Shown piece by piece: positions 20,146-34,949 of a stretch of DNA of 64,000 bases. The translations under genes and the position numbers were made by a program. The notes beneath the pieces are model-generated. The model did no database searches, was not told the origin of the DNA, and saw only the letters and a list, made by a program, of their open reading frames with translations. Positions within the stretch are counted from its first letter, which is position 1; each line of letters opens with the position of its first letter. Source of the stretch: Schmidtea polychroa. Taxonomy: Eukaryota. The stretch lies in NCBI GenBank assembly GCA_044892525.1, contig CM097885.1, positions 155,124,001 through 155,188,000 of the forward strand. Direction: 5' to 3'.

Positions 20146-23100
20146 TTATTTCTCAAAATGTGGAGAGAATGCGTCTAACTGGTGAGATAATATTTCTTCT
20201 CGATCAGATCGGTTTGACAAGTCAAGCCAATTCTCCCGGGCTGCCGGGTCAATCGACCTTATCGGAACCGTAAATCTAGTACGGTTAACAGGGGGATGCC
20301 GTTTTGGTCGATATTTGAGAGCGGTGAGATTCGGATTGGATAGATCAGAATTAATCGATGAGCGCGATGACGGAATCGATCCGACCGGTGATTGGCCTGG
20401 TGATCGCTGGTCCATCAATATATTATTCGGCACGATCGTCATGGTTGAGCTGCTCGAATACAATGATGTGTCTTTCCGTTCCAAAGGCAAGATTACGACT
20501 GTCGATCGTTTTAGTAATGGCTTTCTTCGTTTGAGATTATCAGCTGGTTTTGTTACCGGTTCATTTTCATTGACCATTTCACGTGAGCAAGTTCGTTTGT
20601 TGCAAAATTCCATATCAAATTTCAAATTCCCGTAAACTGATATGTAGGCTTGTGTGTTGCTTGTTACAATATCCCATTTGTGATGGCACGAGTGTTGAGT
20701 GTCGAAAGCTGGATGACATTCCTTTAAACTGTGTACATGGGTACCAATGCAACTCTTATTTCCACTGTGATGTGATTGAATACATCTATGGTGATCGTCA
20801 TCTTGATCACTACTAGAGAATTTTGAGGAGGTGGAAGTAATAGAATCTGATCGATTTAATAGGCTGTCATCTAATAGATCAGAAGATGTTATATTTGAGA
20901 GATCTGAATCATTTAGTAAATCTTCAATACTATTTCCATGTCCTTTATAATTTGCTTGAGCTTGGCTACTATTACTAAGACTTTGGCTGACTTTATCATC
21001 GATATAACTAAAATAACAAAATTATAATATTTTAATTAACGTTTAATTTCTACCTTGTTGAATTCAATCCAGAATCCTGAGATGCAAATTGATTTCGTTT
21101 GTTATCTTCTGAAAAATTAAAACTATTTAACAATGCGATAAATGCGACAATGCGATAAAATGCGACAATGTAATAAATGAATCACGAATATATAGTTACA
21201 TAATTAAATTCATGATGAATATGCATTTTTTAAAAACAATCAATACTTTAAATCACATTTTTTGATTTGTAAGTCTTTAAATAATATACTCCAATTCCTG
21301 ATTGGCACTGACTAAACCATTGATTTGAAAATAAATTAATTAATTCAAAGAACAATTTGAATAGTTCGTAAGTATATATAATTACTTAAACAATTTTCAT
21401 TTTTACCATAATTAAAAGAAAATTAATTTAATAATTTACTTTAATAAATAAAAAACATAGAAAGTATGTAAGACAATATTATATAATTTTTAATGTAATT
21501 ATTATTTGCAATTTATCACAGTTGATGCAATCTGATATTTATATTTTTTTGATTAAATTTTCTAAAAAGTACCAAATTTAGACTCTATTATATTGGAGTT
21601 ATATTTGAATAATTTTTCTCCGTACCACTCTGGATAGTCGAAACTCTGTTGATTTTAATTTGGGTAATATATTTAATTTCTTAATAATATTAATTATTAT
21701 TAGTTGGTCAACATTAAAGATAACTCTGTATAAACTAAATAATAATAGAAGTAATTCGTTACAAATATAATTATATAATGAAAATACATTATATTGTCAT
21801 CAAAAACACAACACTAAAAATGGTACATAAAAAATATAAATAAGCTATTTTCCACACATAAGTCGTCAACAAACATAGAATGGTTATATTTACAACTAGC
21901 TAATTAATAAACATTGGTTCATGTGATGTGAAATGAAATGTTTGATGAAATGTTTTCGAAATTCTATTTTTTATTGGTGTTCAATAAAATTCCGTCATAA
22001 AGTAAAAACCTTCTAATATTTTAAAATTTATTTATTAAACTATTGAGCGCTTTGTTATTTTGCAAATGTACCATTGGTGCTGGCTCGTCGATTTTGCTAC
22101 CACCGTGTTTATACGACATAAGTACTTTAATAATTTTTAAAAAATACTTTGATTTATATAAAGTTTCATTATTCATCATAGATTTGTTTTGGCGGCAATT
22201 GCACTCAAGCGAACTTATTCGTCAAAAACAGGAAGAATAGTAACGATTTGTAGGAAGAAATAAAGTCGTGAATGCTAGCCATTTAATTTAGAGATGACGG
22301 ATATATGTATCATTAAGTCTTTAACAGATTAAATTATTTGTGTGATGATGAGCATTTTGTATATTTGATGAAAAAATTAAAAATTTTCATTTAACATTTA
22401 ATTCAAATTTTTTAACTTGGTTAATTAATTTTTTATTGATTAATTACGATTTCACCTATCTACATTCTTTTAGATTGTAAATCAATCTGTTAAATAGAAA
22501 GCGTCATGGGCCAAACATTTCAAAAATTTGAAGGAAAAAAGTTGAATAGGCTATTATTGAATCTGCTATAGGCCTATTACACATTGGTGTCATATGCAAT
22601 ATAGATTAAATTTATTTTTAAACATATCAATTTCTTGTTATTTTTTTGTTGAATAGGCTATAGTATAAAAGAATTAGGGTGAACTATATTTATTATGAAA
22701 TTTGTATAAAATATATGATTACCAGTTTTTGAACTTATGTTAAAGCGAATAACATTTTTAGAGTAACTCATGTTATGAAAAATATGACTTTGACTCATGT
22801 AAAAATTCATTTCCGTTAAACACGCCAACTATAAATCATATTAATACAAAAAAATATCCTGAAGATGTACAATCTGTTGAAAAATTTCTGGAGGCAATTG
22901 TGATAAGTTTTAGTACTGATCACAAAATGACAGTAAAGTAAATTGAATGTGCTTGTTGGTACAACTTTTATTTTGTCCTTTATGATTACTTTTTTATTTG
23001 TCTTCATAATAAATTAAAAGAATTTAATATTATCATATAAGGTGATTAAATAAAAATTGAAGTCACATGGACAATTAGAGGTACAAATATAAAAATCAAG

Positions 23101-26100
23101 CTTAATGATGTATTTTCTAATTAGCCTTTCCAACATAAAAATATGGCTTGTACGAAAATGCTCCATTAAAGTTCAATAAAATAATTTAATTTTAAAAGAT
23201 TGTTACAACAAATTGCAGTTAGTTGGTCTGGTAAGGGTTGCTTAATTTTCTTGTTTAAAATACAAGAAATATATATATATAATTTCCCAATATTTATTTT
23301 TAAAGTTAATAAAATAAAAGTCAATATATAAACATTTATATTACCCAATGACTTTTCATCATCATGAAGATATTGAATCACCAAAGAGTTACCGATTTCA
23401 ATGAGACACTTCTGAATATTTACATACTGATGGGGTTCCATTAAAATCTTTGCGTGATTAATCATGACATCCAACAAGTCCACAAAAATCGAGAGAACCT
23501 TCACATTTTTCATATCAAAAACTTTCTCAAAAAAACAAGGCAAAAAAACAATGCTCAAAGATTTACTGGACATGGAATTTTCTTTTTGATTTTCTATAAT
23601 GCCCCCGCTAATTACAAGGAAATGGAATAATAAATTCCTATTGGCTTGTGGTAATTTCTGTATAATACTACAAATGATATCATTATAAGCGTGGGATCAT
23701 TTTCTTTACCTTTTCAATTTAAACAACATTTGCTCCTCGTCTGTTAAACGTGCTATTTTTAGCCATTCATTTTTCAGCTTTTTCACCATCAATCCATTTG
23801 GTATGTCTCTAACATAAGCCTTTTATATATAAATTTAAAAGATTCTTATTAAATTGGTCATCATTTACTTTTACTGCTGAACAAACATCATAAATCATAG
23901 ATAATGACAACAGAGGTTGACTGTTCATGTTCTTTTTCAAACAATTTAAAAGACTTCCATGAGCAATCTCGTTTCCGTTTCTTCTGAAAACATTCACAGT
24001 CTTGAGATGATGGCAATATATAAATGCTAAACTGCTCTGAAATATATACCCAATAATAAAAAGATACTAAATTTTGAACAGTTTTTGAAAATTCATAGGG
24101 TTTCAACTATACTAGTTGGTTATACATTTGATCAATTAATGATGCAATCATCTCTCATTTTCAGATAGGATTTGATTAAAATGTTAAGAAGTGTATATGA
24201 AGTATACTTTGTCAAAAATTGTATGAAAAATTAATATAATTTATTCAAATTATAATTTCTATACTCCAATCTGTTGACATCGAAATTTCATGTTTTCTAA
24301 CATGCAAAAAATTACTATAGATTGCACTCAATTTAAATAACCATCTGTAAAAGAAAGAATGTTGTCTTCAAAATAAAATTAAATACACTTCCATGTGAAA
24401 GAATAGCTATTAAAATCATCCATCATTTAATATTATCTATGTTCTAACAAACAAATAGTAAAATCTTTTATTCTTATCGCAATTGATCTACTGGAATCAT
24501 TTTAAATTTCGTTTTTAGGATTTTTTAGGACTTTAGATCAGGGCTTTTCAAACTGGGGTCCGTGACCGATTTTAATTTTTTAGTAAAATGGTCCGTAAAC
24601 TAAGCGTAATAAAAATTAGGGGTCCCTTGTTTAAAAAGTTTGAAAACCCTGCTTTAGATCAATATTTTTTATTTGTTAAACTCCAAATTTGGCACCACCT
24701 TTTCTATTCACACTTGACAAAGGCTGCCGAAAATTCATAGTAAATAAATAAACAATTGATCTATGAACATTGACAAAATATCAGTACAATTTTTATTTTT
24801 TTGTCACTTTTGGTCAGTTTTCTTTTTTTTTGATAATATTCCACTTATTTTCATTGTGATAAAAGATCAAAAATTTGTATTGCGTAAAATCAAAATTCTA
24901 ATCTTTTTTCAAAATGAAAATAAATAAAATATCATTGACAAACCGTTTCGATAATTTTATTATTTATTCAAAAACATGATTCTGAATATAAATCTCCAAA
25001 CAAAACATTTATTCATAACAATAATTCTTTTTTATAATAAATATTACAAATATTGAGTAGAAAAATAAAATATGTAATAAATATGCAAATATATTAATGT
25101 TTTTGTCAATTTGATCTATTTTCGTTTTTTAATGATATTTCATTTATTTTATTCTGACAAAAGTTCAAAAATTTAAATTCTACACAATAAAACTTGATAA
25201 AGGCAAAGCCGAAAATTTGTGTTGATTAGAATAAAAAATCATTATCTTTTGTCAAAATAATAATAAATGAAATAAATAAATTATTATATTTTTAAATCTT
25301 ATTTTCCTGCTGTTATTTTTCTAATTTTATTAAGCATGACGATTCATAAGAATTTTAGAAAAATCGGTGACCACATACGTACAAATACTACTACAAACAT
25401 TAAAATATCAAGATAAAAAAACTCATATGTTTAATGGTCACCTAGTTATTAATGAAATTTGGTTTTAGAAACCTCTTTCATATTTTACGAGATAAATTTG
25501 TTTTCAAAATTGTTAACTGTATTGAAAAATTAATGCTCACATTCAAGAAATTTTACTGACTAAAGCACTCATTTGGCTTTCAGATTTCAACCTCATGGCG
25601 ACTCACTCCATTACGTGCATGAGAAAAAAAGCTGTAAGATAATAATCAAAGATTTCATAAATTTATCGAAGACAACAAATATGATAAAAATTAAATAAAT
25701 CAAATTCTGAACAGCCTTTTAACCTCTTCAGGTCCTCAATCATAAATCTTATAGATATTTTATATTCACTAATAAAACTATTACAAAAATAAATGTAAAA
25801 TTTTTATTAAATTTTCAAATTGGAAAATAAATCCCAACAAACTCATAATAAAATTTTTTAAGTATTAATTTAAAAATTAAAATTTTTTTGTAATTACTGA
25901 AATTAAAAATTCATCCGTAAAGAATACGGACTTTATTTAAAAAATGAAACACTTGAATTTATCCAATTCGCTTGATGTGAAAGGTTAACCATTTGTATAT
26001 TACAATTTTTATGAAGGTCAATTTTAAACGGTTTTGCGGAAAATTGGCTCTAAAAGTCAAGGAATTGTTCAAAAAAATTTCTTGCTGAAAAATATTTTTA

Positions 26101-26677
26101 CTAGATATTCTACAACATATTTAGGCCCCAAATTTTTTTAAATGCACGAAGCTCATAATTAAATATTAACCTGCTATATTGCATAATATACTGTACTTCT
26201 AGATTATTATTTTTTATTAATTCAAATTACATAGGACTAGATAAATTTAATTCAATTTTATTTAAAATTAACAAGATGCGCTAGAACATTTTCAAAATTT
26301 GAACTGCTTTAAAAATTGGCAATTTTCAAAATGACAAGCGTTTACTATTCCAATCAAACATCTAGAAAAATTCTCATTTTTAAAGTTTGTATCAAAAGGT
26401 CAAAAAAACTGACAAAAAATTCAAACTGTTTTGGTTTCCGGGTGACTTACTGAATAAAATAATGTTTCTTAAAGTGAATATCATTCTCATTGAATATCAC
26501 ATTAAAAATGTTGTGATAACTTTAAAATTTAATTTAACACTTTTATGTAATTAATTTTTATTAAAAAATACTTACCTTTAAAGCATATGGAATTTCATCT
26601 CCATTCCACAATTCACGCAACGTAATTCTATCTGAAAGTCTGATTATTGGAAATAAGTTTAAAGTTTTCTTGTGCAT
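20146..26677 (-). CDS. Host RhoGAP-domain gene (multi-exon)
   Basis: Phase-consistent GT-AG exons 26576-26677, 23869-24036, 23710-23819 and 23345-23667 give EIPYALKSSLAFIY..VFRRNGN..YDVCSAVKAYVRDIPNGL..IQKLPQANRNLL..ENSMSSKSLSIVFLPCFF. 3' exons are 21054-21108 and 20146-21007. Exons between 22000 and 23300 are not resolved, so joining the 3' exons to this gene is inferred. Confidence 0.8.
24539..24651. mobile_element. hAT MITE (113 bp)
   Basis: TIR CAGGGCTTTTCAAACT / AGTTTGAAAACCCTG; 8-bp TSD CTTTAGAT. Confidence 0.9.
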
Positions 26678-27637
26678 AATTAAATCAAAAATAATCCAAA
26701 AGATCAACGATCAAAACAAAAATAATTTTAGCAAAATCAACCCGATGATCGTTTGAATAATAAAATTAATAAATTTGAAAAAAAATTCAAATGATCATGT
26801 TCATTACTTGTAATAATTTTATCTGATCTGTAATCTATAAACTGATGTAACACACAATCAACGTAACATACAAGAGTGTGTGTAAAAGTCGAGAATGTGT
26901 GCAAACCTGTCAGAATTACGTCTTATCTTTTGTCGGATTCGTTATTATTGTTTTGCGGTTTGTTTGTGTGTCGATTTGTTTTTTATGCACACAACAAAAT
27001 GAAAATTAATTTGACTTAATTAGGAAACGATTTCAATATTTTCTTATTTTTGTAATCAATTTATTACTAAAAATGATAAAATCAGAAAAATTTTTTGACA
27101 TGGCAAACTACAAATTTTCTGTTTGAACTGATTCTTTAAGAATGCTTGATTGAAGTCGAAATTGTAATCTGGTAATCATTTCATTGCACAATCGTCCGGT
27201 TCACAGATCGGAATTGAAGTCCAAACATGGAAGTCTGGCAAATATTTATCTAATGAATCGGTGCTTGAATTTTATCAACTAATGACAACAAATCTTTCAA
27301 ATAAGGTTATTTCAACAAGTGAACTCTTGGCAGATTTTTTGTATTTATTGTATGTTTTCAGAAAAATTTATAGTTCAAGAACGTTAGTGAGAGAAAATGA
27401 ATTCTAATATTTTACAGCATGATGCCTTTATGAGCTCTCAAAATTTTTTTGAGTGCTTCATTATTTGATGACATGTAAGACATTTTACCACTCATATTTC
27501 AAATTTATATACACCCAGTAAAATTATTACACATTGTTACATTTCTTGTGTTTCCACTATTATATATACTGGAAGTGGCCCGAGTTTTCACAGTTCGAGC
27601 CTTAGTTACATACAAAAAATCACTGATCTTATGACAG

Positions 27638-27638
<1 letters not shown>

Positions 27639-27707
<69 letters not shown>
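27639..27707. repeat. (TA)n microsatellite
   Basis: ~34 TA units. Confidence 0.95.
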
Positions 27708-27709
<2 letters not shown>

Positions 27710-28944
27710 CAAGACACGAGCCTCATGAGTGTCATTTTGGACACCGTGGATATACAACTTATCATCAACAATCGCTATATTAGACTCTAGATGGATACTA
27801 TTAACCATTTGCGGTCCTATGTCGAGTCTGACTAGGTATCGACTTTTTTAAACGCAGGTCCTATTAAAATGAATGTCCATTTAAATGAATTTTTCAATAA
27901 TGTATCATTTTCTCTTAAAACATTTCAAAAGTCTTCACGTGTATACTGAAGATTCACCTTCACCGAAGTCACAACTGATCTCGATTTGCACTTCTCCTGC
28001 AATAATTAATAATTAAAAAAATACTCAGTACCGGCTTTAGACAATAATGGCGTTCTAGGCGGGTAATCAGCTTGGGTAATCTGTTACCACAGGGGATCGC
28101 AGTGCTGGCCATAGACAATTTTGTGCTATATAAAAAGTGATATTAGTAGCAAGAAGCACAAAAACTAATTTTCATAACATGAAAAATATTTTTAAATTTA
28201 AATTTTTCATAATTTTCCCGCACCTTAAAATAATGCCGCCTTTGTCGCCTATATTTAAAGCTGACACTGAAAATACTCATTCAACCGTCCCATTTGTGCC
28301 CGATAAGCATAGTGAAAATTTCAAATTTTTTATTTAGTGAAAATATTTAAATATAACAAAAAAGTTCTATTTTAATTTGTATTCCATTCATATAATTTTT
28401 CCGTGGATCAATACGAGCTTAATTTTTGGGGTCAGAGATTACTTGAAAAGGCCCACTACTCATTGATCTACGTTTTATAACGATATAAGTGAATAATATA
28501 TTATTTAACGATTAAATATTTATTTTCGTCGAATTAAGGTAAAGTGAAGTAATCATACACTGGTTTTTGCAAAGTTGCAATGTAAACCTATGTATTTTTA
28601 GACTGATATGCAAATACTTGACGCTGTCGATATCGAACGCTTTACTCAATTACTACTATTTAATTATTATTAACTTTGACTTTAATTTTCATTGTAAATT
28701 TTCGTTTTGATAGGAAATTATTTAAAATGTCAATTACTCTGCACTTTCCCCGAAAGTGGGATGAGAACGTAATAGGGGAAATTATTAACATACCTGCTAG
28801 AAAATGCTTTTAACTGCATTAAAATATATTGTTTAGTTTTACAGTTATCCATTTTTAGACAAACAAGTACTTTTTGCTGAAATATAAAAAGGGGTATTGT
28901 GAAATTAAACAAGGTTTAAAATAGAAAAAAAATTGTCGCTACAA

Positions 28945-29100
<156 letters not shown>

Positions 29101-29714
29101 CGAAGAAGAAGCATTTTTGATATGGACTGAATAAAATATCTTATTATAAAAATAGATTAACTAGACTTAGGAATCGGGTAAAACTAAGTTTAGTTGATAA
29201 AGAAGGAACTAAAGTTTATGAAGAGTATTCAGAAATGTACGAAATGGTTATAAAGAAATTCACAAATTTAGAAATATTGGGAGAAAAATTGGGAAGAATT
29301 ATTGAATTGAAAAAGATAAAAAATGATTTAAAAAAAATTTAATTATGATTTATTTGATTTTGATGACTAAGGCGACTCAGGTGCCATTTTTGTCATTTTT
29401 AATTTTTTAAAAAACATGATTTATGTTTAAATTTTGCTTAAATATATTATTAATTATATTTTTGAAGACACCCAATGGAGAAAACTAAAACGAAGAAAAT
29501 CTCAAATTCACAAAGATTTGCGCCCATTTTTTCAACTGAATTTATGGTACATCCAAGTGGCGATTTATGTGGAGTAGTCGTAAATTCAGACAAAAAGTAT
29601 TTTGTAGATGCATATCGTTCAACCAGAAAACATATTAACGCGAGCAATATAAACATAAAACCAAATGTACAAACTTTTTTTATACAAAGTCGAGTTACAA
29701 GAAAACGATAGAGA

Positions 29715-30560
29715 AACAAAGACCGACAGGAAACAGATACAGCCGGATTAATGGAATCGAAGATGAAGTGGAAATGGAATCGTGCGTAGAGACAAATGAA
29801 GTTAATTTTAGTAGGACGTACCCAAACAACATGGCTCCACCAGTAGAGGAGATGGTTGGAGCCATATACTAACAGAAAGTGGATAGGGGTAGAAAAGTGG
29901 GAGAATGTGGGAAGGGTAAGTGAGAAAGTATACAGGTTCCTAAGGAGAGAAAGGTTAGAAAAGGAAGTGGAAAGAATTGGAACAATTGAAACAGGACAGG
30001 AGGTAGAAATTGTATATAACAAGCTACAGGGAAGACCTAGTGTAACAGTAATGATGAATGGGGAAATTTTCGAATGTTTATTAGACACCGGAGCACGAAT
30101 AAACGTAATGAGTGTGAACTGTTTTAACAAGTTACGAGGACAACAATTGATGAGAAGCGACGATAAGTTACGATGTGCAAACGAAAGTACGATAGAGACA
30201 ATTGGAAGAACAAAGGTTAAAGTAACTATCGGAGATATTTCTAAGGAAGTTAGATTCATTGTGGCGGAGAAAGTGACACCAGATGTGATTGGAGGAGTAG
30301 AATTACAAGAAGCATTTGGATATAGGCTGGCAAAAAAAGAAAGATATCGAATCTAGTGAAAAAGACAAGAACTATATTTGTAACATTGAAGCAAAATTCG
30401 GCAGACAAATAAAGAATGGAGAAAGATTGATGAGGATAGTAAATTAAAGGAAATAATAACGAACAGTGGAAACGTGTTTATGGCGGATAAATGGGATGTG
30501 GGTCGCACATAAGATAATTACAATAGGTGAACCGATAAACATAAAACCATATCGTCAACC
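29715..30560 (+). mobile_element. Ty3/gypsy gag-protease fragment
   Basis: Aspartic protease CLLDTGARINVMS, later IILGxDF-equivalent VIGGVEL and INIKPYRQP. Confidence 0.85.
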
Positions 30561-31227
30561 ATTGAATTTGGAAACGGATGTTCTCACGGATGAGAATCCT
30601 AATAGATATATTTATAATAATTATTATATAAGGATATTTTACGACCATGTATTCATGTTAAAATATCCTCGCATATTTATTAATTTATATTAGAATAAAT
30701 TAGTTGTTAATTTATACTTTATCTTTTACAGGTACCTATTGTTTAAACAGTTGTACCCTGTGCCTTGTTGTTTCATTGTACTATTAGCAAAATTTGAATT
30801 TAAAGTTGTTTCAATGAGATGTTTTCTGATTTATTTACCTCTCAAAAAATTTCTAATGATAAATCAAAATCCATCTCAACTTTTGCGATAGAAATTACCA
30901 AATTAATAATTTTTCTCCAATTTGTAAACACTGATCAAATTTTTACAAATTAAATTAAATCGAATTTTTTAACCAATTATTTTACTTTTTATTAAATGAA
31001 TTTTTCAATAAATCAATAAAATATATGGTAAATTTTATTGATTAGAATAATAATAGAAAAAAATCGTTGACAGTTGTGCATAATTATGGAAATCCGTGGA
31101 TTTGAATGTCGACAAATAAGATTTAATTAATGAAATTTTAAATATTGGTAACGAAATAACTTGAAAATTTTTGATTAATTCAAAAATTAAAAAAAAATTA
31201 ACACTAGTATAAAATGTTGATAGAGTA

Positions 31228-31980
31228 CAGTCAACCCTCCTACAACGTGACGGATACGTTCTTAGGAAACGTCGCGTTGTAAGAGACATGAACTCTATAG
31301 ATAAAAATGGGTTAGGTTCCAAGTATAAAAAACTGCATTTAAATTAATAAAATGAAACTTTAATAAGTTAATATTCAAGATTTTATTAGGAAGTCTTCAA
31401 TAAAATTATAATAAATTAATAAAATTTAACAAAATAATTCATATTTTTAAAAATTAAGAACTAAATAAAAATTAAAATTTATAAAAATTAAAATATAAAA
31501 AGAAATGTTGATGCATATTATTTATTTATTTATCTTCTTTATCACAGCTAAGCGGATGCTACTTAATTCCTAATTTTTTCTTCTAATTGTTGACTCATTT
31601 AAATTAAAATATTTGGCAACATCAAGTCTTCTTTTGATCTTTAAGCCTATCCAAAATTTGAATTTTGGTTTAAAGTGAAATAAATTTTCGGATTTTTTTT
31701 TCATTCGGCATTTTGAATGGTATAATGATTTTTTTCCTATAAATTTAAATTATATAAATTTAAATTTATAAATTTATTATATGTATGTACATATAATAAA
31801 ATTTCTTTTCATCCTAAATTTACTTTAACTGCCAAACACACACACATTTCTGTATTTATACACTGATTTATTTAAAACGTACATTTTTTTAAATCGCGTT
31901 GTAGGAAAAAAAACTCGTGTTGTGAGAAAAATTGCCCTAATTTATAAATCGCGTTCTAGCGAAAACTCGTTGTAGAAGTG
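31228..31980. mobile_element. Tc1/mariner-pogo (Tigger-like) MITE, right end truncated
   Basis: TA|CAGTCAACCCTCCTACAACG with the partial inverted end CGTTGTAGAAGTG. Confidence 0.55.
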
Positions 31981-31987
31981 TATGGCT

Positions 31988-32078
31988 AATGAATGGCTAA
32001 AAATAGCACGTTTAACAGACGATGAGCAAATGTTGTTTAAATTGAAAAGGTAAAGAAAATGATCCCACGCTAATAATG
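31988..32078 (+). repeat. Inverted ~91-bp copy of RhoGAP exon/intron sequence 23681-23771
   Basis: Only 2 mismatches; includes the splice donor and intron bases. Confidence 0.9.
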
Positions 32079-32149
32079 GTTTTACTGTAAATAAATATAG
32101 AATAAAATTAATTTGATTATCATTAAAAATGTTTCATTCTCCAGAGAAA

Positions 32150-32620
32150 ATTTTAATCCAAATTTCGAGTATTTTACGATTTGATAAATGCTCAGATTGG
32201 AAAGAACGTCACAATAATGACAAATTAGCTGCATCAGAAAATTGTGGGAAAATGGATTTATCTTTTACCGAAATACTATAACATTGAATATAGCAAAACT
32301 ACTGACTGGTAGCTAGTTACCTTTCGTGGCCGATACCCTTTTCTCTAGCATTTCAAACAAACCTGCAAAATATAACATCAAATTCTGGTTATTGTGTGTA
32401 GGAACATACAACTAATTCGTAAGATATATTAATCGAATTCCACAAAGTATATTTGGCGTTTTGAAGATTTTTCTATCAGAATACATTTCATTGAATGTGA
32501 CTACTATTTCCAGGTTGCTTGGATATTCAATTGCGATGGTGCAGTCTCCATTATCAGAGGTAATTGTTGATTTGTCTTGACGTATCCATTGACTGAATGT
32601 TCTGTGATCCAACGAACAGT
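32150..32620 (+). pseudogene. piggyBac transposase relic
   Basis: DKLAA, FRGRYPFL, NKPAKYNIKFWLLC across stops and frameshifts. Confidence 0.75.
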
Positions 32621-33499
32621 AGAAGTATCAGCAGCAGTTTTACAAAATTTATTATTTGTAATGTATATAGTAGCTTATCATTTATATATAACATTCAATG
32701 TTATACAGGGAAGCTACCTGAAATTTACCTGAAAAGAACAAAGTAATCTGGCTACTGTTAGATCTAACTCAAGGAATGAAAGGGTACAAATTAACTCGTG
32801 GAAAAATTGTTGCAGAACAAAATAACGATTATTGGTACTTTATGAAAATGTAAACCACAAATTCCTACTGGTCTTCTTGAAACCTAAAACGTACTCTAAA
32901 CTCATCAGTTTGCATTTAGAATTAATATGAATTTTTAAATTATGATTGAAATACTAGAGAAGTGATCCTTAACCAGTGCTCCTCAACCTTATCTTAGATC
33001 CTCCGCCCAAAATTTGTATTAAATTAAAGTTATGATATATTATTTTTGTAAAAGTTTGTAATCGTGTTAGACGTCGCTATTTGAACATAATTTTTTGTGT
33101 ACTTAGAAGTAAATATTAGAAGTAAAAAATGTAATTCAGTTTATTTATAATTCAATCGATTTTTAATAAATATTAAAAAATTAATTGAAATTAATTAGCC
33201 ATTTACTAAAATTTAAAAAAATAAAATACAAAAACGATTAAAGTTTAATCGTTTTAATATATTAATTTTTTAGGTCATTAAACATTTGCAATATAAACCA
33301 ATTACCTATTTTGTAACGAAAAGTAAGCAAATATAAATGTATTTGTTTTATTCAAAATTTATTTAAAATAGTAGTATGGACAAATTTTTAAAAGAAAAAG
33401 TAATTCGAATCAAATATTAATGATAAAACAAATACAAGTCTCGAAAGTATTACAATTGGCAATACAAAAGGGGGTCTCCAAAAAGTAGCATCAAATTTA

Positions 33500-34760
33500 C
33501 TAAGTATAATCATTGGTCCTGGAATTTTCAATACAAAATCCGACTATCACTAAAAACGCATGGATATTTCTAAGTATTATTAAAGTGGGTCTCCTTGGTT
33601 CTGGGATTTTCAATGCAAAAAGGGGGTATATGATAAAAAGCATACATTTATTTTGACACTTCCTTAGTCCTGCTTCTTCGATCGCTTTTAATACTTCACT
33701 GAGTATTGTATAATGTTTTTCTTTACTATTCGAATAAATCAGAATGTCATCCAAATACACCATTGCTCCATTTATTTTACCTATTACCTTTGTCATCATT
33801 TCCTGGAAAGTACCTGGTGCTGCACCGGCTGTATCTGTTTCCTGTCGGTCATTGTTTCTCTATTGTTTTCTTGTAACTCGACTTTGTATAACATTATTCA
33901 GATCTATGACCATTTCTGTTGCATCTTTTACACCGTATTTCTTGACATAACCTTCCTATATGACCTTTCCCACAACCAAAACATCTTTGCACTTTTTATC
34001 TGGACAATTCCTACTTATATGTCCGCTTCTGTGACACGTCCAGCACTCTATCTTACTTCTTACTGGACATTCTATTTTCGTGTGACCTATTTTGTGGCAT
34101 AGCCAGCACTCTAGTTCTTCTCGTCGCCTGCCTTCTTCTCTTTCATCTTTCTGCTTGTACTGTCTTCTTCTCTGTGGATCCTGATAGACCACTCTTGCAT
34201 AACTTTTCTATGTTTCCTATATCTCCTCTGTGCTTTTTTTCTTCCGCAATATTACTTCTTTCTCAACTTCTTTATTCTCAGCACATACTATCAACATCTT
34301 TGCTGTTATTTTCTCTTTGGTGAATTCTTTGTTCTCAAACAACCTGTCAACAAGGTCCTTCACTTTTTTAAAATATGTTTCAATCTCTTTGCCTCTTCTT
34401 TTATAATTCAATAAACTTTCCATATCCTTTATTACATCTCTTTTGTAATCAAATGCCATTCGTAACCTGGTTTGAAATCCTTCTGCTTTTTTAACTGTCT
34501 TCGCATATTTCTCCAATAGATCCTCGTCGATCATCAATGTAATCAATCTTTCCTGTTCTTTTTTATTGATGCCTTTAGCATCGAAATAAATCTCGCATCT
34601 TCTAATGAATTTTTCCAAGTCATCACCTTGACAGAACACCTTTGGCAATAATCTTTCGGTAATCGCGTCATTGTTTACCGTGTCTACCATATTTGGATTC
34701 TCATCCGTTACAACATTTATATATGTTTGCAAATCACTAAATAATTCCATAAATTTTATA
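33500..34760 (-). mobile_element. Ty3/gypsy gag (two CCHC knuckles) joined to an RT fragment
   Basis: CWLCHKIGHTKIEC and CWTCHRSGHISRNC; MVYLDDILIYS; 33820-33900 is homologous (inverted) to 29660-29750. Confidence 0.85.
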
Positions 34761-34949
34761 TAAATTTTAACTCAAAAACTTGTCTTTCTTATCTTTGTTA
34801 TTTAAACAAATTTATTTTTTCTAAAAATATTTTTTGATAAAAAATTTTTTAAGAATGCTAAATTTCAGTCTTCTTTTTAAAATATTTTTCAATAAAAATA
34901 TACTTTAAATTTTAACAAAATTTCTAATTAATCTTTAAGAATCTTTCAA

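Noticed and set aside
25723-25984. Possible piggyBac MITE between TTAA sites
   Set aside because: Ends CCTCTTCAGG and CCTTTCACAT (rc) match too weakly to support TIRs
27120-27410. Stop-poor stretch upstream of the RhoGAP gene
   Set aside because: No recognisable domain, start codon or splice pattern on either strand
27505-27771. 88-aa ORF with IYIYIY run
   Set aside because: Translation of the (TA)n microsatellite
29450-30259. 269-aa minus-strand ORF
   Set aside because: Antisense shadow of the gypsy gag-protease region
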